Source: Candidatus Bathyarchaeota archaeon (GTDB lineage: Archaea > Thermoproteota > Bathyarchaeia > Bathyarchaeales > Bathyarchaeaceae). From it: 64,000 nt of DNA. Of this stretch, positions 50,533 to 61,840 are shown one piece after another. Below the pieces are notes generated by a model, which had not been told where the DNA came from, did not search any database, and worked only from the letters and a program-made list of their open reading frames with translations. The translations under genes and the position numbers were made by a program. The stretch spans positions 139,524 to 203,523 of the forward strand of contig CAVOMX010000011.1 in NCBI GenBank assembly GCA_963697165.1, given 5' to 3'. Positions within the stretch are counted from its first letter, which is position 1. Each line of letters begins with the position of its first letter.

Positions 50533-51607
50533 GTGCATCTGGTTGGTCGCAAAACGAGAAATAATTGTATGGATTATGCATATTCGCAACTTTTCATGTC
50601 AATCATGGGTTCCTTTGCCATGGTTAACTTGCTGGTAAACAATGAACCAGGCTATGTTGTAACTCCTTACCTCATAGGCAGGATAGCCGGTTCCCTCAGC
50701 GTAGAGACATATTTGTGGATTTTCATAACTTCAACATTCATCTTTCTGGGAATCACCTGCATAATCATATACCGTAAACAGCCCCCTAACCCTGAAATTG
50801 TTAAACTGTTCCTGAAAGTAGGCGGAAACTTGGCTGCCCTTAGGAAAACCCAGGAAGCCTCAACAGCTGAGATGGCTGAACAGATGGAATACGGTAGAAA
50901 GGTGAACCAGAAATTCTTCAGCACAGTCAGCTCAGATCTCGAAGAAAACAACAAAGAAACTTTAGCTCTTTTGACCGCCCAAGGAAAAGCAGTCAAAAAG
51001 GTTGGTTCAGACCTGATTTCCACGATAGAGAAAAAGGCAGACGAAACTGGAGAAAAGATGGTTGCTGATCTGAAAAAACAAGAAGCAGCAATGATTGGAG
51101 TCAAGCGCTTAAGCGAAGAAGGCGCAGCGGCGACTAAGAAGCAGCAGGCGGAGCTTGCAGAAATTAAACTTAGACTCGAAAGAATCGAGGGAAACATGGC
51201 ACCGAATCAAGCTAAGCTGAAGAGCCTTGACAATCCTGAGGACATAAAAGGAATCGGTCCAGCTTTGGGAAAAGAACTAAGAAGCCTTGGAATAACGTTC
51301 TGTTGGCGATCTCCTCACAACCGACCCCGCGGTCATCGGAGAAAAGACGCGAGTTTCCCAAGAGATGGCGGAGAATCTGCAGGCAACGGCTCAGCTTATG
51401 ATGATTCCGGGAGTGGACTCAAGTGACGCTGAATTACTTATAGATGCAGGAATAAAATCGCGAAAGGAACTGGCAGACAATGAGCTGATTCAGCTTAGCA
51501 GAAAAGTAGGAGCACTAGCCAAAATCTATGTTGCTCAAGGCAAAATTTCCAAGGACGAATACCCAACAATCGAAGAGATATCATCTTGGATAAGAATGGC
51601 AAAATAA
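50533..51607 (+). CDS. Membrane protein with coiled coil and C-terminal HhH (DUF4332-like) domain; frameshift near 51300
   Basis: Two TM helices, DIKGIGPALGKEL, IPGVDSSDAELLIDAGI, PTIEEISSWI. Confidence 0.75.
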
Positions 51608-51742
51608 TTGCTGTTCATTACTCCAATGAAGACACCGTCCACAGTTCTCCCACAACTCCACCTTTTTTGGAGTTAATTTCTAGTTTTGTTTCTTAGATTA
51701 AAGCACAGAAAAGACGAACACACTTTACTGCTAAGTTTCTGG

Positions 51743-52315
51743 TTATGAATATTTTTTTATGGGCAAAAAAGGGTGAACTTGTTCTTTGTATCTAACGAAG
51801 TGTTCACCTAAGTTTTTTGTTAAGTAATCTGTTTCTTTTGACGCAGTGATAGAAAGAAAACAAATCATGAACAATCCCATTATTATTGCAATCAAAGTAA
51901 GATACCAAGGTGCATGAAGCGTCAACGTTACTAATTCGCCTACTGAGAACAGGTGTATTCCTGTGTATAGAGGATGACGTATGTATGCGTATATTCCGCT
52001 AACGTCAAGTTCTGAAGATTTCTTGCAGTATCCTGCCCAAGTGTGACAAATACCCAAATCGAGTTTAGATTTTACAACTACAATTGTGCCCAAAACAGTA
52101 AGAGACAAAGCCAAAAAATCAAAGTAAGTAAGATAATCCATAATTGCAAAGGTGTAACCACAAATTATCAATGGACCAAAATAACTGAACTTGAGAAGTT
52201 TTGTAATTTTTTCATTAACGAGCGGAACCATTCCCGTCTTCTTTCTAAAGTCAGAAATGAAAACCACAAAGACGCCAGTATTATGAACTGAACTAGTTTG
52301 AAGAGTATGACCCAC
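51743..52315 (-). CDS. ICMT/PEMT-family membrane methyltransferase (N-terminus probably frameshifted)
   Basis: GIYAYIRHPLYTG, E..YL...G..F..YKEQVHPFLP. Confidence 0.8.
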   Translation of the reverse strand: MGHTLQTSSVHNTGVFVVFISDFRKKTGMVPLVNEKITKLLKFSYFGPLIICGYTFAIMDYLTYFDFLALSLTVLGTIVVVKSKLDLGICHTWAGYCKKSSELDVSGIYAYIRHPLYTGIHLFSVGELVTLTLHAPWYLTLIAIIMGLFMICFLSITASKETDYLTKNLGEHFVRYKEQVHPFLPIKKYS

Positions 52316-52488
52316 AATATTGTAGCTACCTAAGGGTTGATTTTACTACGACATTCACGATCGTATATGTATAACCAATCGAAATTATTCTACTGTTTCT
52401 TCATTGAAGAAGCTAACCAAAACTGTTGTTGCTGTTGTTAAAGGAATGGTTAATATACACGCTAAGACAATAAGCTCGTCGTTCAAAA

Positions 52489-52785
52489 ATGATACGAAGA
52501 CTTGTCTTAGATGTCCTAAAGCCACACAAGCCCAGCGTTGTTGAAGTTTCTGAAGCTCTCAGCCACTTAGAAGGCGTGGAAGGCGTAAACATAATTATCA
52601 ATGAGATAGACCAGCAGGTCGAAAACGCGAAAGTTATCGTTGTTGGAACCTCAATAAGTTTTGAGGATATCCAGAAGAAACTAGAGGAATTTGGGGCAAC
52701 TATACACTCCATCGACGAGGTTGCGGCTGGAAAAATGATAGTTGAAGAAGTGAAAACGCCTCAAGATAGCTCCGCCAGAATGTAA
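52489..52785 (+). CDS. DUF211-family protein
   Basis: IRRLVLDVLKPHKP, GATIHSIDEV. Confidence 0.88.
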   Translation: MIRRLVLDVLKPHKPSVVEVSEALSHLEGVEGVNIIINEIDQQVENAKVIVVGTSISFEDIQKKLEEFGATIHSIDEVAAGKMIVEEVKTPQDSSARM

Positions 52786-52859
52786 AACTGGTTAAGGCAT
52801 CACGAAATTTTTTGGTAAACTTACGAGTATATACCAGATTGGGTTTGCATTAAACTCTG

Positions 52860-53459
52860 TTATATAGCTCCTAGCATCAATGCAATTCCTACTGTTGCTA
52901 TACCAGCAAGCAATGTTTGGATTCCGTAAAATAGTGCGTTTTCTTTGGCTATTTTCCCCAGATAAATGCCAAGCATAAACAATGTTACCAAGGTTACTAC
53001 AAGAGATGATATGTATGCACTTTGAACTGCGATTAACCCGTGTAACAAAAGAAAGAAAGGTGACAACGAAATAAGTGCAGTTAAAATTGGTGATCCTCCG
53101 TCAACTACGGCTGCGTAGAATGAAACAAATGCTGTGGCGTCGGTTATCACCGAGTCGTTAAGTTTTGTCATCATTGCGGTTTCGAGGTTTTTGAGGTCTC
53201 GTTTTCTTTCAGCCCTTTCGGTCATGTATGCTCCGGATAGCCCAGAAATTCCCATTGCTATACAGGCGCCTAAACCAGCGGTTACAATTATTTCTGGCTG
53301 CGTAACATGCACAGCCCATGCTCCTACAATTATCCCCAGCATGGTCATGGAGCCGTCAAACCCGTTTTTCACGAAGTATCTTCGTGCTATTGGTCCCATC
53401 TCGGTGATTTGGATGTATAATCGAATTTGTTTAATCAGAGCTCTCAAACGGTTAATCAA
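52860..53459 (-). CDS. VIT1/CCC1-like membrane protein (TIGR00267-like)
   Basis: ARRYFVKNGFDG, GAYMTERAE, DGGSP, LGIYLGKI. Confidence 0.82.
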   Translation of the reverse strand: MINRLRALIKQIRLYIQITEMGPIARRYFVKNGFDGSMTMLGIIVGAWAVHVTQPEIIVTAGLGACIAMGISGLSGAYMTERAERKRDLKNLETAMMTKLNDSVITDATAFVSFYAAVVDGGSPILTALISLSPFFLLLHGLIAVQSAYISSLVVTLVTLFMLGIYLGKIAKENALFYGIQTLLAGIATVGIALMLGAI

Positions 53460-53712
53460 AATTCCTCACAACAAAAAAGTTCTGCGAAACCTTGCCATTA
53501 ATGCAAAAAAGTGTTGCATTTGGTAACGCCATTAACTGACCAGTCTTCCTCTTTCTCTACCTTTTTTGTTTGCACTTAATGAACCTTTTCCTGTACATAA
53601 TTTATGCCACTCATACGGCTGCCACTTGAACAATCGGATATTAACAGTTATTAGGAGGTTAAGAAGAGTCTTTAGCTAATCAGAAACGAAAGCACATAAT
53701 CATTCGAATGTT

Positions 53713-54858
53713 TTGGAGACTAGTAAAAAGTTGGTTGGTCGAGAAATACTTGAAGTTTTATATTCTCCGGTTAACGCTTTTAGAAAAATAATTGAAAAAC
53801 CAGACTTCAAAGGAGTCCTCCTTGTTTTATTGCTTGTAATAGGCTCAACGGTAGCTTTACAATTTGCCTACAATTCAAAACAATTATACGAAAATAGGAT
53901 GCCAGCAAATGATAACTGGACAGAGGCATTAACAAATCAACATGTCTGGACATCCACAGGGTCGCTTTCACTAGACACTACAGACCATCAAATGGGGAAC
54001 AGCAGCATCAGTTCTTCAGCCACAGACTCAACAAGCATCTGGCTGAAACTCACAGGTATTGACTCAATCAACTGCTCAGAAGCGACAGGCTACACTGAAC
54101 TGTTCTTCTGGATAAACTGGACAAATGAGAACGGCTTGTCTGCAAGTTCAGGAACACTGAAACTGTTCTCCGGAAGTGAAGACAGCTACTTTGAAACAGA
54201 CATAACAAGTCTTTTGGCTTCAAACGGAGACTGGAGAAACACAACCCTCAAAGTCGGTCCAAATCAAGGCTGGAATCCAAACAAATCTCCAGATTGGCAA
54301 AACATAACAGGAATCGAACTCAGACTGGTCTGGTCTGAATCAGCAAACCTGACCATGAAAATTGATGGCTTATTTTTCAGAAACTTCATTTCCCCAATCG
54401 AAAGTGTAGGGCTTAGCGAAGCAACACTATACATTTTCTTTTCTGTTTCATTTTCAATTGGCATAAACTGGATACTGTGGGCGGGAATTCTGCTTATCGT
54501 ATCGAAACTTTTTGGCGAAGAAGTGGGTCAATGGAATGTGTTCTTCGTCATCATCGGACACGCCTTCATAGCTACTGCGGTTTACACTCTAGTAAGCGCG
54601 TTAATCTTCACTTCACTTCCTATCTTGAATATGCCCATAGAAGCTGATCTCCAAATCGCTGCATTCAGCGCACTATGGTTACCCAATCTTGCATATCAAG
54701 CGGGAACCATTATCCTGTGGGTAGGAGAAGTTTGGGTAGCTGCCCTCGGCACTATAGTAATACGCCTCTTGAGAAATACTACTTGGGGAAAAGCTGCAAC
54801 AATCTCTCTGATCGCCTTTGCTATAAGGTTCGTCCTAAGATTTTTCTTTGGCTTCTAA
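53713..54858 (+). CDS. Yip1-like membrane protein with a large inserted extracellular domain
   Basis: LYSPVNAFRKI N-terminus, about 170-aa Trp/Ser/Thr-rich insert, four C-terminal TM helices. Confidence 0.7.
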   Translation: METSKKLVGREILEVLYSPVNAFRKIIEKPDFKGVLLVLLLVIGSTVALQFAYNSKQLYENRMPANDNWTEALTNQHVWTSTGSLSLDTTDHQMGNSSISSSATDSTSIWLKLTGIDSINCSEATGYTELFFWINWTNENGLSASSGTLKLFSGSEDSYFETDITSLLASNGDWRNTTLKVGPNQGWNPNKSPDWQNITGIELRLVWSESANLTMKIDGLFFRNFISPIESVGLSEATLYIFFSVSFSIGINWILWAGILLIVSKLFGEEVGQWNVFFVIIGHAFIATAVYTLVSALIFTSLPILNMPIEADLQIAAFSALWLPNLAYQAGTIILWVGEVWVAALGTIVIRLLRNTTWGKAATISLIAFAIRFVLRFFFGF

Positions 54859-55086
54859 AAAGCAGAAATCAATGTTACAGAACATGCCACACTGAAGAAC
54901 AGTCGGTCATTTGCTTTTTATTCACGTGTTTTATGCGCTAAACATTCTTAACACATTATGCGGTAAAGCTTATATTTGACATTAATCCTCCTTTCATTTC
55001 GCCAACAAAACGGAACAGGTGTAAAGTCGTTAAATAACCGGCTGGTTCATTTTTGGCGGCATTGTACAAAACGGAGGAATACGTAT

Positions 55087-55377
55087 TTGAAAATTAATGA
55101 GTTAAGAGATGGAATGCGAAAAGTAGATGTTGAAGCAGATGTGGTCGAGAAGTCAGACGCCCGCGAGGTTCGTTCACGATACACTAACGAAACCTACAAA
55201 GTAGCCGACGCCACAGTAGAAGACGAAACAGGCAAAATAACATTAACTCTTTGGAATGAACAAGTTGAACAAGTTAATGTTGGTGACAGAATCAAAATCG
55301 AGAATGGATACATCAAATCATTTAGAGATGTGCTTCAGCTTAACTCAGGAAAATACGGGACACTAACAGTCCTGTAG
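55087..55377 (+). CDS. ssb: Single OB-fold ssDNA-binding protein
   Basis: KINELRDGM, DETGKITLTLWNEQ, IENGY, GKYG. Confidence 0.85.
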   Translation: MKINELRDGMRKVDVEADVVEKSDAREVRSRYTNETYKVADATVEDETGKITLTLWNEQVEQVNVGDRIKIENGYIKSFRDVLQLNSGKYGTLTVL

Positions 55378-55411
55378 ACCACATTTTTCTATCGTACAAT
55401 TGGTGAATCAA

Positions 55412-55660
55412 TTGTCATACGAAAACAGAGGATTTGATCAAGACATTCCGAAACCCGTTGAAACCGGAAAAGAGTATGACATAGAAATTCAAGAAACAAG
55501 CCGCCGAGGAGATGGAATAACCAGAATTGAAGGATTAGTGGTTTTTGTGCCCAACGCTAAACTCGGCGACAAATTGCGAATTAAAATAATTACAGTCGGT
55601 AGACGCTCCGCAGAAGCAGAAGTAATTGGAGCAACAGAAGAAACAGGCGAAACAGAGTAA
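55412..55660 (+). CDS. Single TRAM-domain RNA-binding protein
   Basis: PVETGKEYDIEI, RRGDGITRIEGLVVFVP. Confidence 0.9.
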   Translation: MSYENRGFDQDIPKPVETGKEYDIEIQETSRRGDGITRIEGLVVFVPNAKLGDKLRIKIITVGRRSAEAEVIGATEETGETE

Positions 55661-55880
55661 ACTAGAATCTTTGTTTCCAATCAAGCCTCAAATCCACCTT
55701 TCTTTAGAAACTTTTCTCAACTCCAAGAGTCAACATTCAATAGGGTTCATCTATGCTGAACTTCAGAGAACAAAAAGTGACTTTTTGGACAGGTTATCTT
55801 TTTCAGGGTTGACTGCTGAACGTTAATGTTAATATTAAAGAGGAAATATTAACAGAGAACGTAAGCGGTAGAAGCCGTTT

Positions 55881-55955
55881 AGCCCGGTGGTGTAGTGGCA
55901 ATCATGGCGGGCTTTGGACCCGCCGACGGGAGTTCGAATCTCCCCCGGGCTACCA
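55881..55955 (+). tRNA. tRNA-Gln(TTG)
   Basis: AGCCCGG/CCGGGCT acceptor, GCGGG-CTTTGGA-CCCGC, GTTCGAATC, ACCA. Confidence 0.95.
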
Positions 55956-56044
55956 CTACATATGTAAGGGAACGCTTCTCCATTTCTTGGGGATGTTAAT
56001 CCTTTTTTAAAGCCGCTGAATTATAGATTGGACGGGAATGTGTT

Positions 56045-57065
56045 ATGGGTTTCTTGCCGGGTAAGGTTCCAACCGAAGTTTTGCAGAAGATAGTTTTCAG
56101 AAACTTGGGCGCCAAAAGAGACGATGTTGTTCTCAATCCCACCATAGGTGAAGATGCAGCCATAGTTAAAGCTGGAAACGAGGTTTTGGCAATATCGTCA
56201 GATCCGATAACCGGAGCTGAAGAATGGCTAGGATGGTTAGCCGTTCATGTTAGCGCAAATGATGTTGCAACCCGTGGGGTTCAGCCCCGCTGGTTCAACT
56301 CTATAATATTGTTACCCAAAAATTCGACAGCCGAACTAATAGAGAAGATTTGTACACAAATGGACAAGGCTGCACGTCAACTGAACGTTTCCATAATAGG
56401 TGGACACTGCGAGGTCACTCCGGGCATAGACCATCCAATAGTAACCGGATGCGCCATAGGCGTTGCCGAGGACGGAAAATACGTGACTTGCAGCGAAGCA
56501 AGAATAGGCGACAGAATAATCTTGACAAAGGGAACAGGAATAGAGGGAACAGCCATACTGGCTTCAGACCGACGAACAGAGCTTCTAGACGTTTTCGATG
56601 AAAGCTTCGTGAATAAAGCTGAGAATTTCTTCGAAAAAATCAGCGTCGTAAAAGATGCGATTATAGCTTTCAGAATTGGAGGAGTTTCAGCTATGCATGA
56701 TCCTACGGAGGGCGGAGTGGCAGGCGGATTGCATGAACTGGCTGACGCCGCAAATGTTGGTTTCAATGTTTACGAGGAGAAAATTTTTGTTCCTGAAGAG
56801 ACGCGTAAGATATGTACGCATTTTGGTGTTGATCCTCTTCAGCTCATAAGCTCGGGGTCACTTCTTATCATTGTAGGAGAAGACGAAGGCAGGCGAGATA
56901 ATCACCAGTTTGTCGAGAAATGGCGTTCAAGCTTCGATAATAGGTGAAGTAGTAGAGCCTATTTTGGGAAGAAATGTTGTCACAAAAGCTGGAAAAAAAA
57001 CTGAACTTGTCCGACCTGATAATGATCATCTTTGGAAGGCGCTTGCGAAGCCAACCAAAACTTGA
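56045..57065 (+). CDS. AIR synthase-family (HypE-like) protein; frameshift near 56880
   Basis: GEDAA, SSDPITG, NDVA, GGHCE, MHDPTEGG, SSGSLL, DHLW. Confidence 0.85.
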
Positions 57066-57070
57066 TCTGC

Positions 57071-58130
57071 TCAAAATAGGTCTTGGCGTAGATTTTTTGC
57101 CAAGTCTTTTAGGTCTATCCAGTGGACAAACACGATGCCTATGATTATTCTTAGCCAAACCGTCAGAAGCCGTATGAGAACTGTTGCGGCTGCAGCGATA
57201 CCTGCGTCTACGCCAAGTAAACCATAGAGGCTGGTCATCACTATTTCCACGAGACCTACTTCTGCGGGTATCCCAATTGGTATAGATTGGATGTTTACGC
57301 TGATTGAGTAAACGATTGTTATTAAGACAAAATCGACCTGTTGTCCTAGAGAAACGAAAACTAGGTAAGATAAGAGTATGCTGAAAATCCAAGACACTAA
57401 TGAAAAGAATACTGGTGCAACCAAATTTTTGGGGTTCTTGAGTAAAACTACTATGGACCCATGAAATGCACTTAGCGCATTTGTTGCTTTGGTTCTCATA
57501 ACGGTCTAGTTTCAATCGACCCCTAGAGACGAATGCTAAAAATCGTATTACAGCGTCGATTATTCTTTGGGTGAGTGTTTCTTTTAGGATGCATAGAGAT
57601 ATGAAAAATAGGGCAACGCCCGTGCCTACGATTATTATCAAAACCAGATTTAAGACGAAGGCAGGCAACTCGTATTGGATAGCATACAAGATGATAGAGC
57701 TGAAGATTAGGCTGCCTAACGATATTATCATGGCTAGAATCCTGTGGCTGACAACGGATGCCACAACTTTTCCTGCGTTTTCGCCTGATTCTTTAGTCAT
57801 TAGATAGACTTTGGAGGCTTCTCCACTGAGTGACTCAGCTGGCACCAAAAGGTCAACAAAGACTCCTATCCATGTGAACAGGAAAGTTTTTCGAAAAGAA
57901 ACTTTGACTAAAAGGGGGCGCAGAAAATATTGCCAAGTCAGAGCGTTTATTATCATGATCAGGAAGAGAACCGCGACTGCAATACTGTAATAGAAGAGGT
58001 CGACGCCCTGTATGATGGCGATGGTTTGAGAAATATCAGCAAAAAAGTAGAGGTAAACGAGAAAGATCAATATGCCTATCAGTAGAAAAGGAACAGTTCT
58101 CTTTAGCGATAAACCCTTTTCACTAACCAT
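57071..58130 (-). CDS. Lysylphosphatidylglycerol synthase TM / flippase-like protein; frameshift near 57505
   Basis: LVPAESLSGE, PAEVGLVE, LIRLLTVW; multi-pass hydrophobic. Confidence 0.8.
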
Positions 58131-58278
58131 AATCTTCCTCGTCCATCGTGAATACGAGCAAATAGAAGCTTCTGCGTATTATATTTTACCAGTTTTCCCC
58201 AAATCAGACGAAACAGGGTCTAAAATTTAAACGTCCAGTCTGCAGGAAAGACAAACATCAGTAACATCTGTTCGGTTC

Positions 58279-59905
58279 TTAAAATTCTGGTTTTTGTTTT
58301 CCAAGTTTCTTGTCTAAACACGCTTTGATGAAACCGTAATATTCTGGTTCTGGTTTAGTTGGTCTGCTCTTGAATTCGCCATGGAACTGGGAGGCAAAGA
58401 AGAAGAAGCTGTTGGGAAGTTCCAGAATCTCTTTTCTTCTGCCGTCGGGACTGTTACCTGAAAAAACTATGCCCTTTTTCTCCAAGGCGTTCCAGTAGTT
58501 GGGATTGACTTCCCATCGGTGACGGTGACGCTCAAAAATCTTTTCAACGCCATAAAGTGTGTACGCCATCGTGTCTTTGTGTACCAAAACCTCGTGGGCG
58601 CCTAAACGCATAGTTCCTCCCTTATTGTTTACGGTTCTCTGTTCAGGCATCAAGTCAATCACGGGATGGGGCGTATCTGGATTTATTTCGGTGCTGTTTG
58701 CTCCATCAAACCCACAAACGTTACGTGCGAACTCGACAACTGCCAACTGAAATCCGTAGCAGACTCCCAGAAAGGGCAAATTGTTTTCGCGGGCAAAACG
58801 GATGCCCTTAATTTTTCCTTCAGTTCCTCTGGGACCAAAACCGTAAGGAATAAAGATTCCATCATGTCCCTCAAGAAGCTTTAATCCATCTGCGATTGTT
58901 TTCTAGGCACTCTGCTTCAATGTAGTCTACTGTAACCTTTGTCTGGCAGGCGGCGCCAGCGTGGCTGAAAGCTTCGTTCATGCTAACGTAACTGTCAACC
59001 AAACCCGCATACTTACCAATCAAAGCTATCTTTACTTCGTGTTTGGGGTTTTCGAAACAATCTACAAACTGTTGCCATTCACTCCACTCTGGAGCTTTTT
59101 TGGATATGCCTAATCGTCTGCAAACGTAATCGCCCATACCCTGTTTATCCAAGATTATGGGAACTTGATAGATAGATGGAACATTGTATGAACAGAAAAC
59201 AGCTTCTTCGGGGATTGTGCCAAAGAGTGCCACCTTTCTAAGAGTCTCGTTGTCAATCATCTCCCTGCATCTTGCCACGATTGTGTCAGGTTGGATACCT
59301 ATTCTGCGCAACTCGTTTACGCTGTGTTGAAGCGGTTTGGTTTTCATTTCGCCCGTGACATCCAAGATTGGAACAAGGGCAAGGTGCACATAGAGCGTGT
59401 TGTTGAAACCTTCTTCTAGTCGCATCTGACGGATAGCTTCTAGGAAGGGCAGTCCTTCGATGTCGCCTACTGTTCCTCCCAGTTCGGTTAAGACAATTTC
59501 GGCTTTTGATTGTTCTGCAACCATACGGGTGCGTCTTTTAATTTCGTTTGTGACGTGAGGAATAATTTGGACGCATCTGCCAAGAAAGTCGCCTCTCCTT
59601 TCGCTGTCGATTACTGTTTGGTATATCTGCCCTGTTGTTACATTGTTTTCTTTTGGCAGATTAATGTTCAGAAATCTTTCGTACCCGCCAAGGTCAAGGT
59701 CAGTTTCTCCACCGTCCTCTGTAACGAAGACTTCCCCATGGATATAGGGATTCATGGTTCCAGCGTCAACGTTCACGTAAGGATCAACCTTAATGACGGT
59801 AACATCAAAGCCTCGAACCTGAAGCATTTTACCTATCGAAGAAGTAACAATTCCTTTACCAACAGAGGAGAGAACCCCACCAGTTACAAAAATATACTTA
59901 ACCAT
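58279..59905 (-). CDS. pyrG: CTP synthase; frameshifts around 58780-58900
   Basis: [51 protein letters not shown]. Confidence 0.95.
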
Positions 59906-59983
59906 CAGCGTGACCTCGTGATAACAAACCCCTAAACGATGTTTGCCGTTAAAAATGCTTTCTACACGATGATGTATCTGCAA

Positions 59984-60586
59984 TTAATTGTGGGATATTG
60001 CCAAGTTTGCTGTTTTGCTTCGCTTCAATGTAGCCAAAGCTAACTCGCCAGCTTCTTTCATAGTTTCACCCAAAGAAACAAAACCATGATTTCTTAGCAC
60101 AATCACCTTGTTGTCATCCAGAACCTTCAAAACCTCCTTTGCCAACGCTACCGTTCCCGACGCGTACTCTTTTTCTGTTACAGGCAATCCCAGTTTCTCA
60201 GCGTTCGCTACGATCAGGTCATTGTGTCCATGAAACACCGCATTTACTTCTTTATTGTTCATGTAAATCAGATGATGCATTATCGACTCTGATGACGACT
60301 GCTTCTTTCCTTCAACATAAAATGTGTTACTCTGCTCCTCGTAACCTTTCACGTAAACAAAACAATCATTTGTTAGATTCTCTTTGCTTTTCAATCCAGA
60401 CTCTGTTATCACAAAACCTTCTCCGGACCTGAAACTCAAGTTGCCAGTATAGTTTCCTTCAACCTTCGGAGTCAACTCGTTTTTCTGGAATTTTCCACAC
60501 CATTTTTTCAACTCCGCAATTCTAGGGTATCTGGGAGCTTGGTCAGAGACAAAAACGGAGTTGAAGCGTATTCTTCCTTCTTTCAT
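59984..60586 (-). CDS. Class II aldolase/adducin-family protein
   Basis: GNLSFR, SSESIMH, FHGH, RNHG. Confidence 0.85.
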   Translation of the reverse strand: MKEGRIRFNSVFVSDQAPRYPRIAELKKWCGKFQKNELTPKVEGNYTGNLSFRSGEGFVITESGLKSKENLTNDCFVYVKGYEEQSNTFYVEGKKQSSSESIMHHLIYMNNKEVNAVFHGHNDLIVANAEKLGLPVTEKEYASGTVALAKEVLKVLDDNKVIVLRNHGFVSLGETMKEAGELALATLKRSKTANLAISHN

Positions 60587-60667
60587 TCAATCACTCAGCC
60601 ATTACCAATTGGGTTAAGGCTTTTCCAAATTTTAAAACGCCTATATAAACGAAGTCGCCGGACCATG

Positions 60668-61732
60668 CTATAGCCATTTTTTCCTTCTGAAATAAATCAA
60701 CATCACTGCACTAACGGCGAGCATTATAACATATACCATGGGGTAACCCCAAGGTGTATCAAGTTCAGGCATGTACTTGAAGTTCATTCCGTAGATGCCT
60801 GCTACCAGAGTCAATGGAATAAATATTGTGGCAATAATTGTTAACACTTTCATTACTTCGTTCATTCTGTTGCTTACACTTGAAAGATAAATGTCAAGCA
60901 TACCCGAAAGCATGTCACGAAACGTTTCTAGGGCATCAATAACTTGTATTGTGTGATCGTAAACGTCTCTCAGATAAATATCGATAGATTTGGCGATGAG
61001 AGGTGACTCCCACCGTTCCAGCCTGCTTATGACTTCTCTTAGAGGCCAGACGGATTTGCGCAGAAAAATCAGTTCCCTTTTCAGCCGGTGAATAGTCTGC
61101 AACACTTCTGGCGTCGGATTCTTAATCATATCGTCTTCTATGTCCTCGATTTTTTCTCCAATCTTCTCCAGAACCATAAAGTAGTTGTCAACAATAGCGT
61201 CAATTAGAGAATATGCGAGATAGTCGGCGCCCATTTTTCTGACGCGCCCGCGATCAATTCTGAGTCTTTCTCTGATTGGATCAAAAACGTCTCCCTCAGT
61301 CTCCTGAAATGAGATAACATAGTTTGCGCTAAGAATTAGGCTGACCTGTTCGGTTTTTGTTTCATTTTCTGTGACATCGTAATAAAGCATTTTTAGGACA
61401 ATGAAGAGGTAGTTGTCGAAGTCTTCCATTTTTGGGCGTTGCCCCGTGTTCACGATGTCTTCTAGAACAAGGGGATGAATTTTGAAGTGGATTCCAATCT
61501 GTTCTATGTTTTCTAGCTGATGAACGCCGTCTACGTTTATCCATGTTACAGCTGGTTTATCATTTAGGGGAAAGCATCCGTTAATTGTTTCTAATGTCTT
61601 TTCTTGAAAACTGTCCCCGTCATATTTGATGCATGTGATCTTTATTTTCTCGGTTTTCTCTTTTCCAATATACACGGGTGTTCCAGGAGGAAGACCAGAC
61701 TTCTTTGATACTTTCTTGATAAAACGCGGCGT
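60668..61732 (-). CDS. corA: Mg/Co transporter CorA (proposed ACG start)
   Basis: KKSGLPPGT N-terminal motif, IHPLVLED, QRPK, YGMNF, MPEL. Confidence 0.94.
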   Translation of the reverse strand, partial: TPRFIKKVSKKSGLPPGTPVYIGKEKTEKIKITCIKYDGDSFQEKTLETINGCFPLNDKPAVTWINVDGVHQLENIEQIGIHFKIHPLVLEDIVNTGQRPKMEDFDNYLFIVLKMLYYDVTENETKTEQVSLILSANYVISFQETEGDVFDPIRERLRIDRGRVRKMGADYLAYSLIDAIVDNYFMVLEKIGEKIEDIEDDMIKNPTPEVLQTIHRLKRELIFLRKSVWPLREVISRLERWESPLIAKSIDIYLRDVYDHTIQVIDALETFRDMLSGMLDIYLSSVSNRMNEVMKVLTIIATIFIPLTLVAGIYGMNFKYMPELDTPWGYPMVYVIMLAVSAVMLIYFRRKKWL

Positions 61733-61840
61733 TACAATGCACCCAATGAGGGTTTTGGGTTAGACTATTTATAATTTTTCAAACTGTAAACGGTGCCGCA
61801 ACTGTGTTGTTTCTTTGGGTTTAGAAACTTCAAAACTTTG

